Positions 27,941 through 40,487 of a DNA stretch of 51,974 nucleotides are shown in pieces. Each line of letters opens with the position of its first letter. Position 1 is the first letter of the stretch. The stretch is from assembly GCA_910592345.1 (NCBI GenBank), contig CAJVPI010000119.1, positions 1 through 51,974 of the forward strand. Direction: 5' to 3'. A program made the position numbers and the translations under genes. Under the pieces are notes generated by a model. That model saw nothing but the letters and a program-made list of their open reading frames with translations, was not told the origin of the DNA and made no database searches. This DNA is from Paraglomus brasilianum (Eukaryota).

Positions 27941-28980
27941 AGGTAATTGCAAGTTGTATGTATTGTAATAGCAGTATCCATTAGGGTTTTGATCTATGAC
28001 TTTGTTTAACAAGGAAAACAAATACCACTATCAGCTGTCTGAGCTAGTATTTTAATCATTTTGGAAAGTAACTAGCATCCAGCTTTTTACTACTGTTATT
28101 TAACTAGCGTTGATTATGATATGGACACCGGCTATAAATATGTTTATAAATCCAGAGTTTTGCATGCAAAATTATTGTCGTTCGTCTGGTTTTTGAAGTA
28201 ATTAGAGCATTGCCTAAATTCTATTTGTCTATTTATATTGGCTTAACTTGTTAGTATACATCACCTACTCCAAAGTTAATTAATTTTTCAACACAAAACT
28301 TTTAACTGTAATTTTTGCGCAACAAACTCCTAATTGCCATTCAAAATAGGTCGTCAAGATCAAACTCTACCCAGGCCATTTCATTGCATTTATTTCTTCT
28401 CCAAGGCTTTGCATAAATGATATTAAAGATTTCTAACTGTTAACTATTTCTCCAAGTTGCAAAGAATCCGATGTAAACCTCGTCTATAAAGTAGAGTAAA
28501 CCGATAAACACCATGCTTCCTAGATGCCTGATACATTCTGCTTGTTGACATCTTATCTCATATATCATTATTATTGACTACATCGTATTCTTCTATTTCG
28601 TCGCCTTCCTTCACACCTCCCGAATATCCAGAAAGTGCCCACATCATTATCATATCTTTCTTTCCATTATTTTTGAAAATACTTTGGATGTGCAGCTGCG
28701 TTTGTAATCGAATGTAACACAAGTAAACGAGTTCGGTTAACAATTTATTTGCATTGTGTATTTTTAAGAGTGCATTATATCTTTAAACTGTTATGGAAAG
28801 GACTATGTGTCTTTCGGACCCTGTTGGTTTGACGGATATTAACATTTATTATTATATAAGGGCTCGGAGAATGGCTTGGAGATCGCTTGAGCTGTATATA
28901 CTTTCGACTTGCACGCTGTCTACTGGTTAGACTACTCTCCCACCTTTCATATACATAATACATTCATTTACACCCCGACA

Positions 28981-30405
28981 ATGAAGTACACCATCGCTAC
29001 GTTCTTGCTTGCTACTGTTCTTATAACCACTACATTTGCTCAGAATCTGGTCATCAACGTAGGTGAGGGCGGTCTCAAGTACAATCCTGCCTCTATTACG
29101 GCCGCCCCTGGTTCTACCATAACCTTTGTATGGATTAATACAATTCCGCACAGTGTAGTTCAAAGTGATAGTGCCGATTCCTGCACTCCAACTGTTGGTG
29201 GATTCAACAGGCAAATGAAGGCTGGTGAGTCCTGGGTATTAAAAGTCCCGACCGACAGGCCTAAGGTAACTACATTATTATGCCAGGCTACTTCGATCTC
29301 ATGTATCTGTAACTTGTAACTCATCTCCCTGGTTTATAGGTATGGTTTTACTGCAATGTCAGTACTCACTGTCAGCAAGGAATGAAAGGTGTTCTCACAG
29401 TTTCAGGTGTTAACCCTCCTAGTGGTGGCAATTCTACAAATCCTGGCGATTCTCCTAATACTTCTAACGGATCTCCTACCGCGATGATTGCTGGAATTGC
29501 AGCTGCAAGCATAGTACTAGTCGTAATTCTGGGACTGTTATTTTATAGGAGGAACAGGGATCTGGCAGATGGCAGGGAGAATGGAAATGATGGGGGAAAT
29601 ATTGGAGCTACTCGAGATGTCGAATCCAGTGACATTGCTTTATCAAATTTATCTTCGTCATCAATTACAGTACCCTCACTTCAGTATCCTACTCCAGCTC
29701 TACATGCTGTATCATCAGCACCTTTCCTCGAAATAATATCTCCATTACATACGACGGGTGAATCCATCACCTCATCTTTGGCAACTTCTACAGACGATTC
29801 TAAGATGACGGTCACACCCTCATCTATATATTCCCCAGTCTCAACGGGCACCGCTATATTTAATAGAAACAGGCATAACGGGTTAACAGAGTACCGTGAC
29901 GGCAACACTATTTGTCATGCTGAGGATAAGGCCATGAGTGAAGATGCAAAAGTGAAGGATATATCTAATCACAAATTATTTGAGCATGAAAATATATTTT
30001 TGAAGCGTCGTCGTGCATCGCCAAATATCGGTGTATTTTGTGATCAGTATGAGGTTTCGGATCCATCCGAGTGGAAGTATACTAGAATGAGTCTGGACAG
30101 ATACATTGTTAGTAATATGATTCCGATTGCTTTTAATTGTTATTGATAAGTATTGTATATGAGCCTATTAACAAACATTTGCGCTATACTTTACCATGAT
30201 CATATGTTTAAAGACATCCACCGGCAAATCAGGATCCACCGAGAGAATTATTACTCGTCTTCCGGATTGTCGCCCCTTACTGAATATTTTAAACACGTAT
30301 TTAATAATAGAACGATTGAAAGCATCCAAGGTTGCTGAAAAATATAGAAACAGTTCGGAGAGTATGATAAAGTGCATACAGGGCCCCCCCGCATTGCTTG
30401 CATGA
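28981..30405 (+). CDS. Single-pass membrane protein: signal peptide, cupredoxin, TM, degenerate kinase-like tail (exons 28981-29265, 29340-30107, 30214-30405)
   Basis: MKYTIATFLLATVLITTTFA signal peptide; YNPASITAAPGSTITFVW..PHSVVQ..WFYCNVSTHCQQGMKG type-1 Cu motif; TM IAGIAAASIVLVVILGLLFY-RRNR. Both introns are phase 0 and in frame; the third exon is less certain. Confidence 0.8.
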
Positions 30406-31029
30406 ATTTGAGATATTCTTAGATGATGATTGTTATGGCTTTGCGATAATGACAACAACAATTTATGTAACATTGAAATAAACGAACTCACTTTATTGAT
30501 CTAGTGGGTTTTGAACGAAAAGAATTAGACAAAAAAACCTCGTCATTTGTACACGTGTAACTTGCCCCAAATTACATTCGATAAATGCATCAAAACCATC
30601 TTGTTTACACTCTAAAATTGGAATTACGAAGTCCTGTAAGAGAATCACGGCCACATTTTAAGATCCAAGGCGCTATAAACTGTAGAATCAAGGCTCGTGT
30701 CACCCGAGTAATATTCTCTGATCTTAACTAAGAGTTTACGTTTTTGTTTTAAAGATGTCGGCTGGCATTTATTACTCCACCATCCGTTGCTTTCAAAAAA
30801 AGCTTTAGAGAGAGAGCTTGAAGTGTCTCACATTGTGACCAGAAATACATTGCCTTTCGTACTCTGTAGAACTGCTATAATTATAATTTTTGTATATGGC
30901 CAACCCTATATTAATATATTATTTCTATCACTTTGTGGTTTGATAGATAATACTACTAACATGAATGGAAATGGAATAACCACATTTAGCTACAATTGTT
31001 TCACAAGAATAATTCTACACCGAAATCCG

Positions 31030-31278
31030 ATTCCTGAAATCGAAGAAATGTTGGGAAAGGAGAGATGGCGGCTCCAACAAGATAATGACTCTAATACCAG
31101 CCAGTTTGCAAGGGCATTCAAGAATAGGGCGGGAAAGCGAATGCCGAAAAATCTTGCAGAATTCTTGGTTGAGGAGTGGGATAATATTTCACAGAATGGA
31201 CTAAATAATTTTGTAAAGTCAATGCGTTGCGAGCTGTTATTTAGAATAATGGAGAACGGATTCGATATTAAATTTTAG
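31030..31278 (+). pseudogene. Internally deleted Tc1-like transposase remnant (same family as 14117-14480)
   Basis: IPEIEEMLGKERWRLQQDND...KRMPKNLAEFLVEEWDNI..LNNFVKSM; the SPDLNP segment is missing. Confidence 0.75.
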
Positions 31279-31390
31279 TATATTTTTCAGTTTTCAAATG
31301 ACACTTTTTTTATCTAATTCAGTACGTTTGTCAATGAATCTACAAACTGTATATGTTGTCCACTAAACAAGTCCTTCCTTTATACTAATA

Positions 31391-31820
31391 CAGTCAAACC
31401 TCGGAAACCAATGTGACTGTCCTCACCATTTTCTATCGGTTTTGCGAGGTATCGGTTTTCCGAGGTTTTTGTTTCTTATTGGCTAGTGCGAAATCTTCGA
31501 CCTCAGTATACGTAGAATTGATAGTGTGAAATGTTGGGCTGTGGTTGTTGACTTACGTTTTCGCTTGCGAGATTGCATTCTTGAGATTTTTATTATAGAT
31601 ATAGATGTACTACTACTACATTATATCGGTTTATCGAGGCTCTATCTATTATGACTATCGCCAAAAAAATATCGGTTTATCGGGTTTGCGAGGTCTATAT
31701 TAATATGTAATGTCGGTTTTACGAGGGGTCTATCATATATAAATTGCACGGGAATTGAAAAAAGTATCGGTTTTGCGAGTTATCGGTTTTAAGCAGTATC
31801 GGTTTCCCGAGGTTTGACTG
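31391..31820. mobile_element. pogo-type MITE, TA-flanked
   Basis: TA-CAGTCAAACCTCGG..AAACC ... GGTTTCCCGAGGTTTGACTG-TA, with about eight internal (TA)TCGGTTT...GAG repeats. Confidence 0.9.
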
Positions 31821-32920
31821 TAATACGTATATTAATATACAAGTGAACATCATACCATGTGATAGAAATAATGTGGCTGAACTTACATTGATTGCACTAA
31901 TTTATAGAAATTGCATTCTTAATTCACACTATTAAAAGGTATTTTAAAAAGAACAAGAGAAAAAATTTCTCCACATTAATATGTTTTTATAACAATGCTT
32001 GTGAAAATTCTTGAAGATTATATATACTTGTGAAATTTATCAAGAAGAGCAACAAATAAATATAAATGAGCATTAACGCCAACTTATGACGAACTAGGCA
32101 AAAAACGAGAAATAGAAGAAATATAAAGCAAGAACATTTAGTTAAGAAAAAAAACCAAGTCTTTTTTATCCTTTTCATATTCAAAAAAGCCAAGTATTTT
32201 TTTTTTTAAAGAAAAACAATTATCATTTATGAATGACAGTTTGGATACCTAAGTTCTAGGCACAGCGAACTTTAATCGGCAAGGAGGAGGGGTTTTACTC
32301 CTGGGGTGGTATATTAGGAGGCAAAAGTTCCAGTCAAGCTTATAAAATTTAGTAAGTAATTAGGGTTAGGCTAAGGTTACTCATCTCAAGCAAAATTAAA
32401 TCAAACACTTTCGCCAACTTTATATTAAAACTTAACTTTATTCAGTCATAGCACCGTAATTTGTCGACAAATAAACATAGGAAAAAAGAAATACAAAACA
32501 AAAACTAAAATTTAAGGGCAAAAAAACTTGGCTACCGAATAAAAAAATCCAAAGAGGGAACTCTTGGAAGATATGTTGGCTAAATAGTGTTAGTTGTTAG
32601 CGAAGAACAGCTAACTAACAGAGAGACAATCTTGCTAATACTAAGTTCGTTTGGATAAAAAAATAAAAATAAAAATAAGCCCTTCAAAAAAGATTAAAAG
32701 AAAAAGAGTTGAAATAAGAAAAAATTTCAGCATAAAGAAGCTTTGCTAAGTCAGGAGATCGAGATTTTTGCAGTTCATTTGAAGAGAAAGATAAAAAGCA
32801 ATTTAGCAAGTAATCAAAGCAATCAAGTAAAGAAGAGCAAATGAAAAAACGAGAGCTACTCCTACAACGGTAAGTATAACAGTAGCTTAATATTACCGGT
32901 AGGTAGTACATGATAACATT

Positions 32921-33088
32921 TTAGTCTCGCCCAGACGCTTTGATAAAGAAAGCGACTGCAACGATAATATAACCGATACCGGTGCCTGCGGCAAGAATCC
33001 CTTCAATCGGATTTGGTGTAGGAGGGGGAGGCATAGGAGTTTGAGAACCACGGACGATACTAGGAATCAAATCGTCAGGACCAGGCAT
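32921..33088 (-). CDS. 55-aa Pro-rich single-TM micropeptide with 5'UTR intron (33166-33100)
   Basis: MPGPDDLIPSIVRGSQTPMPPPPTPNPIEGILAAGTGIGYIIVAVAFFIKASGRD*. AAAAATGC start context; GTAAGT...ATTAAC..TGCAG intron ending 11 nt upstream of the ATG; GC-richer than its flanks. Confidence 0.6.
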   Translation of the reverse strand: MPGPDDLIPSIVRGSQTPMPPPPTPNPIEGILAAGTGIGYIIVAVAFFIKASGRD

Positions 33089-33537
33089 TTTTGTTAAACC
33101 TGCAATGTTAATTACATTAAATTTGCGTTGAACACTTGACAGACTTTTGGAAATATCGCAACTTACTTTTGATGAAAAGATTCAGACAGGAGTTTTTTTC
33201 GACTAATAACAAAACTTATCGACCACAAAAGCAAAGAGCAAAGAGAACAACACCCGCTCTTTCATAACAAAATCCTCTCCCACGCTTAAAATTCTCAGGC
33301 TTTCCATTAGGGAATGATAACCTTGCTTACTAAGGCAAAGCACGCCATTAGATAAAGAGTGAAACACAATTCTCAATTAAGCATAGCCAACACCAATCAA
33401 ATAAATTCCTCTTTGCTTATCTCTTAAACTAACTGGTTTAAGACCTTTATCAGAATAACATCTGTGATCAATTCGAGCAATTTAATTGGGCTTTAACTTA
33501 TTGATTGCTCTTATTAACTCTTAAGGAGTTGATTTTT

Positions 33538-36342
33538 TTAACTCTTTGTTTTCTTCTTTATTTTATCTAAAAAGTTCTTGCATTCGTTTTTTGTGTCGGT
33601 CTTCAGCAATTTATAAGACTTCCAATGAGATAGTAACTTTTCAGTTAACTGTTCTTTCTCTTCACATAATAATAAGTCATTCATAGATATTATATTTACA
33701 TTGAATAGTTTTTCTAACATTCTTAAAAGCATAATAATAATCTTTTGAACCCTTATTAATACCATGTTTTGACTAGAGCATTGTTAGAGTCCATTATGTG
33801 GTCCTCTTTGACATTAGATAATACTGAATTGCAATGCCTGATGATAACCAGATCGTTTCTAAAATATGAGATAGTCAACATTTAACTCCAGTTTATCCAG
33901 AAATTTTACTCTAAGTTCCCATGCTAAATTGTAAATGCCATAACTAGAAAAGAGATGAACAAGAGAAGCACACATAGTAATAGCATTTGAAGTGTGCCAT
34001 TGTCCCAATCTTAATTGTAGTTTTTTTAGCATTAATTTGTCCTCTTCTTGCTCATCATTTTCATGATCACTTCTACCTGCTCCATCTTTTATCTTTGTAA
34101 GATGCTGGTAAATTGCCTGGTCTGCCCATACATCCAACTTATTATTATCTTCATTTGTAACGTTCAAATCATCAAAGTATGTAAAACAAACTTTCTCAAT
34201 ATTTTCATTGGAATTTGGTGCCTTGCCTGGTTCAAGAATTATCATGTTGGGTTTTGGAACTTTACAACTATTGTAATATCTTTTAACAACTCCATGTGAA
34301 TGTTATCTGGATCAATACCTGCCAACTTATCATCATCAAGTGTATGCTGCTTTGATGTTATAAGGTTTTTAATAACATTACTCACTTTTCCAAGCCAGGC
34401 TTCAGAATAAAAATCTTCTTCAAACAAACAAGTTGTTTCATCAAGTTCCATTTCATCTTCATTACTATTATTATTATTAGTGATAGAGCCAATTTGTTGT
34501 GGAAGTGTAAACTGAAAAATTACATGCAGTGTAGCATGGAATGTTTTTAGAGCCTTATTATAAATATTATCATGCTCATAAGTAGCTTCCTCAAAATCAA
34601 TGTTGTCAACTACACAGACATTCCATATATTAGTATATGGATTAATTCTGTTGGATCTGCTGATTGTATTTGATGTCTTCTTAGAAGACATTCCCATTGG
34701 CTATGAGAGACAACATTAACTGCTTCAAAAAAGGATCTTATGGATGGTAATGATTTTGGCTTGTAACATGCTATGGCTAATACTAAAGCATGTGTAACCA
34801 AGACTTTTGATTTTTTAAAGGCAGTTGTTAAGATGATTGATGACAGGAATGCAACTATTTATATTCTTGTAATTTTTTCACACTTGCAGTGGTAGTTGCC
34901 TTTGATATTGACTTGCCTTTTTTTTATTACTCACTTGTTTTTGCATTTTGAAAAATGTTGAGACAATTCCAATAATAATAAATAGTTTGAGATATTTCAT
35001 TAACATAGAAAGTTAATGAATCTGGTGCCTCCAAAACATTTTTCTTGATGTTTATAACATTACATGAGTTCCAAATGTTTTTGGCAAGGTTTTCCCCAAA
35101 TTGAAATAAAGTCTCAGGTTATTGTAGTATTAATAATATTATTATAATTAAGACTTTCTGGAGACATTCCATGGTTTTTTAAGATTGTCCTAATTACAAA
35201 TGGTCTTGGTATTGGGGCTCTATCAGATGTCTCTGGTTCACTTTCTTGTAAAGCCTGCAACATTTGTACTGTATATCTTAAAACTCTCTCCTTTAATGGG
35301 CTGTCATCTTTCTTGGCCACATGTAATACCATGTTTCCGAGTAATTCCAGTGATGTTGTTATATCTCCTGCATGTTTTCCTGTGTTAGCGCAGGCTTTGT
35401 CACTCTGTTCTCCTAGCCGGAATTGGTGCTAGTTTTTGGATAAGCATAGGGGTATTAATAACTATGAAATTTCAGTATTTGGCACTAGAATTGGTGCTAA
35501 TGGTGTGAGAAGAACTTTCACATGTCTGAATAAAGAGCAATTTTGAAATATGTAAAGTTTGAGCTATTAATGTTCATCTATGGTTTCTTTTTAATATCAG
35601 TTCCCAAGTCCCTTAATACCTGGGAGAGCAGCGGTGTACTAGCCGTTTTGGGTTTTAGTTCTTTTCCGGTGCAAATGCCCGCCTTGTGGTCGTTGAGAAC
35701 TGCCTTTGTCATTTTCTGGACAACACGTGGAACACTTTCAATCGCTGGGCAATTGTGTTGACCTATACACGGAGCTTGTGTTTTTTTCCTCAAAAATAGC
35801 CAACAATGTTCTGTACATTCCTTCCCACGGTAGTAAACACGATAATATTTTTTACAGAATACACAACGATGACTGGTAATAGTAGCCTTTTCATGGCTTT
35901 TGCTTTGCTTCAATCCAGGCTCATGTAAAGATCGGAAATCAAACATAAAATGAGTATAACATACTCCAAGCCGTTCTACTTGTTTATTTACATCCACGGC
36001 TTGACTATCGAGTTCCCACGCGCCTATGAGATTCCAAATTTCTTGTACTTCCACAACCTCATTCCGTTTCTCAAGAACGACACATGGTGTTAATGAATCA
36101 CATGTTTCAGATTCGGATATTAATATATCTTCGTTTATAAGCTCATTGTTATCATTATCCGCCTCAATATCGTCTTCACAATCTTCGTATTCTTCATCAC
36201 TCCCCTCCTCACTGTTTCCATCTTCGAAGTTATGCATTATACTCGAATCGAATATAAGCGTATGACCATGATAGTCATTGTCTTCCGTGTTGCTGTCAAC
36301 GTCGTCAAAGCTTCTGAATGCGTTGCTACTTTGATTTGACAT
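33538..36342 (-). pseudogene. Fragmented Academ/DUF6589-like transposase
   Basis: Co-linear minus-strand ORFs: Cys/His-rich N-terminus (LGVCYTHFMFD..RCVFC..C..HCW..PCIG..CPA), VVDNIDF..HATL, ILEPG, DVWADQAIYQHL, LGQWHT. The DN/DQ/GxxH spacing is reminiscent of Academ transposases. Many stops and frameshifts. Confidence 0.55.
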
Positions 36343-39129
36343 AATGAATTTATGTGTACGATAAATAATTTCTTAATTTTAGAAATCTGTTTTGTTAATA
36401 AAGTCAATAGAAAAATAATGGAAACGCATAATAATAATAGCGATAGAGTTTTATTATTGGTAGTGTTATTGGTAGTAGTATTGGATAAAGCGAAAATTAT
36501 TAGCCTGTCGCGATTTATATCATCACAAATTGTGCCACAATAACAAAGTCGCGTCGTGACCCGCTATTTGATTCGTTATTGCAACATATTACTGGTCAGC
36601 TTAAATTTATATGATTATAACACAGCAATACAGCAATATAACGGGTATTGGACGACAATCTGAAACAACACGTCGTTCGAAGTTCAGAAATGGAAGCAAG
36701 CTGACATTATAAATTTTTACAGAACAAGAAGGAATCTTGACGATTAGATATTAAAACCAAAAGGTCTCCGGCCTTGCATTCGCAGAATAAGCTTATGAAA
36801 TATAGTTTGAGAGGAGAACCCGAAACAATCACATGGTTGATCAAAGAAATCAAGGACAAAGTACAGTAGTAAGCACTATAACTGTATGCGAATATTCGAA
36901 ACCTATACTGTTTTCCCCAATAATTTGTTGTTGTTATTTTATTCGTAATCAATATCTACAGGCATGCTAGATCTGCGAGTGAAGCTTTGCAACCACATAT
37001 GCAAACTGTTGTGGCATTTTTGGTATAACTAATAATGTTTTGCAATGCAGATCTTTCAACTACTAAGCAAGCATATAGTAATGTGATAGAAACAACAGCT
37101 TTAGCGGTCCACCGACCCACCAAATCAACTACTAAGTAACATTTTTCCAATTTGGATAGCTATGAAGAAGGTTAGCTTATAGTATATCAGATATGTCTGC
37201 ATCTGTAGAATTCTTGTCATCTCAACCAATATTCTGTATTTATAGAACAGCAAAGAAACATAAAGATTTGGAGTTTGCACTCATGTTAAAGACAAGCAGT
37301 TGCTTATTCACTGCCCCAGAATGTGTTGGTCCACCGTAATACATCAATGGCCCTTAATATCATTCACGAAATGGCAGACTTATACTGCAATTACAGTGTT
37401 ACCTAAACTAATTGCTTAATCTACTGCGCCGAATGAGACTCATATAATAATAAACGAAGCTTTAGTTGGAATTGATTATGATTGCTCAGAAAAACTTGGA
37501 GTAGAATCGTCTGTTGTTAGATGTTTGACTAAGAATCGGTACGTCAAACAACAAATGTTGAACAATTTGACAATAAAGATATATTTATATATCAATATAT
37601 AACGAAAGCGATCTCCGGGTTCACAGTGTATTACCGGTATATTGATTGTGGACTACGTCGGCCCAAAATCCTAACGTTTCGGGGTAACAAATTCCAAATA
37701 TTTTTGTAGAATCAATGACATTGTATCAGGTTGTTGAACGAATACATCTGAATCTGCTTCAAAATGATAAATCAATAAAGACGATGGAAAGACACTTTAC
37801 TCCGAAGTGAAAATACTTTGATTAATGTTGACTTCATTTTCGTTTGATTAGAAATAATGAAGATCTATCGCACAAAAGTTGTCGGATGGCCACGCTACCG
37901 CAGTCACGACGACGAATGAAATAATAATAATTACATGATTCAAAAATAATCACAGTCTCATTCCAAAGCACTCTTTCAGCCATCAGCGCAATTCCTTTTC
38001 CTACACAGTTAACTCTCTCTTAATAACGAAACAAGCTTGAGTAAGAGTGAAGTAAAGTCTCTCGCAATAAAAGTTTCATCGACTGTTCCTGATTTTGTCA
38101 ACCAATACTAACATGTTAATATTAATGCAAGTTGTTACTGCGGTTTTGGGACCAACAATGTTAATATATTCAACTATACTGAAACAAACTTGTTTCTTCA
38201 GTAGATAAATACGACACAGAGCAAAGTATTACACTAATACATTAATATTTCAAAGCATTCATTTCTTTCTTAAAAATAGAAAGCCGCCCCTTGGCCTGCA
38301 CTACGTCACTATTCCATTGAGTAGTGTGCGAATGCTAAGCCTTCTGTACGACATGAATCTTTCCATTCTCGGATGCATATTAGGTGATCGAAAATTTTTG
38401 ATACGTCAGAAATCCGACAACAATGAATAGTCATTGCACTTCACGAAATAACTTTATTTCGACAAATAACAATAGCCAGCAGAGCAGTACAATAATTGCT
38501 GTCGGGTAAATGGAACACAGGCCTTTTGTCTTTCTCCGACTCGGTGCTATTCTCCTGAAATATACATTTTAATTTAATTTCAATAAATGACACTGAACAT
38601 TTTTCCGGCAAGTAATTATTATTATTATTTCTCAAACTACCGTGTGTATGACAGCAACACAATTTTTGCTATCCATTTGCGATTACCTATACTAATACGG
38701 TATTGCAGGTTCCCGCTGGAGTAAATTCTTTCGACACAAAGACCATATCAATATGAAATTGTACTAAATCAGAAATGGGGCTCATTCCATCAACAGATAA
38801 ATCGCATTCGGCCTATTTCCCTCCCCCTTACTTGTTGGCGTGGGTGGGTGTAAACAAAAAGGTAGGCTATCAATTAAGGACCTATGTGATTCAGGGCTAT
38901 CCCATTTTTATCTATGGTCAAGTTCATTGATTGCTATCACCTGACTTGCCAAATAAAACTTATAGCTATATATATATATATATATACACAATGACTGCCA
39001 CCGTTGGAAGCCTTGGAACGCTTTTCTCTTACATTCGTGGATAGGTTATATATACCCTCCCACGAAACTGAAAACTCTATTCTTTCATTATTATTACTAG
39101 AGCCGCGTGTTGTTGACGTTCCCCTAAAT

Positions 39130-40012
39130 ATGGCTCCAAGGCATGATAGGACCCCTTCCCTCACGGGAAACAACACATCAGCTACACGCCTACGGTACAG
39201 TGGGTCATCGTCTACGACTTGTTACAACGAGAGTCTTAGGCAGCTTGACATTTTGTCACGCAATTATACTAGCGTCAGAGAAGACTCGAAAAAGAGAAAA
39301 CCAAGTCAAAGCACTAAGCTCAAGAAAGTCTCCTTCAATCTTAAAAACGCTTTGAGAAGTGGCCAGGTACGGTATAAATTTTGCATGGCTTTTACGTGTA
39401 CTGTCATATTTGGAATTTATGCGTATCTGGATATCGTCGACGAGGCTGTAGTCAGACTATATCGGTATCGACCAGTTCGTATTAGTATTAATTGACATTT
39501 TACGCCTTGTGCATCCTGCTTGTTCTTTGTTTCATTAGGTCGCCCTTAGCGATAGCGAAGACATTGAACACGAAGCAATTATGTGGAAACTGAAGCGCAT
39601 GGAAGTTCAAGCTCAGGCTAGAGAAGGTTAGCATTATACTATAGGACGGCTTACCTAAAATGATTGGGCATTCTATATAGTGTATAAAAACATCTTGTTT
39701 ACGCTTGGCAAATTGTTTTATGTTAAGCAATTTGAACAGGTGTCTACGTACCTATTTGTATGCAGCCTTTGTATACGGTCTTAAACTATATTCAACTTAT
39801 TTAATTCTATAGTGAAACGCAAACTTCATAAACAAAACCAAGAAATTCGTCAGAAACGACGAGAGTTGCAGCATCTAAAGACTATCGAAAAGCAGTTACT
39901 TCAATGGTTAGAAACTTGTGATGATAATTGTGAAGAAATACCACAAGAAAAGCAAGTTACAGCATTCGATTCCTTGATAGCGGTAAGTTTACGAACGTTG
40001 GATGATGACTAA
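39130..40012 (+). CDS. Hypothetical coiled-coil protein, 3 exons (39130-39366, 39539-39626, 39813-40012)
   Basis: Phase-consistent GT-AG introns give MAPRHDRTPSL...NALRSGQ/VALSDSEDIEHEAIMWKLKRMEVQAQARE/VKRKLHKQNQEIRQKRRELQHLK...DDD*. Confidence 0.65.
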
Positions 40013-40487
40013 ACGGGGTGCCCTTAGCATTGTTTAAATTACTTTCATGTTAGTGACTAACGAGTAATCAAGCTTATTTGTTTTGTTAATTTTAATCTGA
40101 AAACTGCTTACTCATTCTCTATTTTACTCTTTGAATATTCTGTTCCAATCGCAACGTTTTCTTCATACTAAAAAAAATTTTTTCTCTTTCAATCGAATAT
40201 TCTATATAGGCTAATGTGAATCGCATGTACATGGTCGTTGCTGCTTTTCTCTCGTTCTTTCTGCTGCGATTCGTTTCGTACGGCTCATTAGCAGTAAACC
40301 GGTTGTAAATGCTGACAAGGGGAAGTCACTCAAGTTTACATATCTGGTGTGCTGCACGTATACATAATTGATAAAACCTTTGGGGCCATGCTCCGAATAT
40401 AAATTAGTATCTTTCAGAATACACCTATTCATAACCAATTATTTAGTTCTTTCATAATAGTATTCCAATACCCCTTCTCTGATATAA

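Noticed and set aside
31425..31815. Repeat-spacer appearance suggestive of a CRISPR array
   Set aside because: Repeats are short, irregularly spaced and inside a TIR-bounded MITE; the context is eukaryotic with no cas genes.
32359..32376. TTAGGGTTAGG, telomeric or telomerase-template-like
   Set aside because: Fewer than two full repeats and no supporting telomerase RNA structure recognised.
38770..38790. AATGGGGCTCATTC resembles the RNase MRP CR-V motif
   Set aside because: No convincing GAAAGTCCCC CR-I partner upstream; only GAAAGCCGCCCC about 500 nt away.
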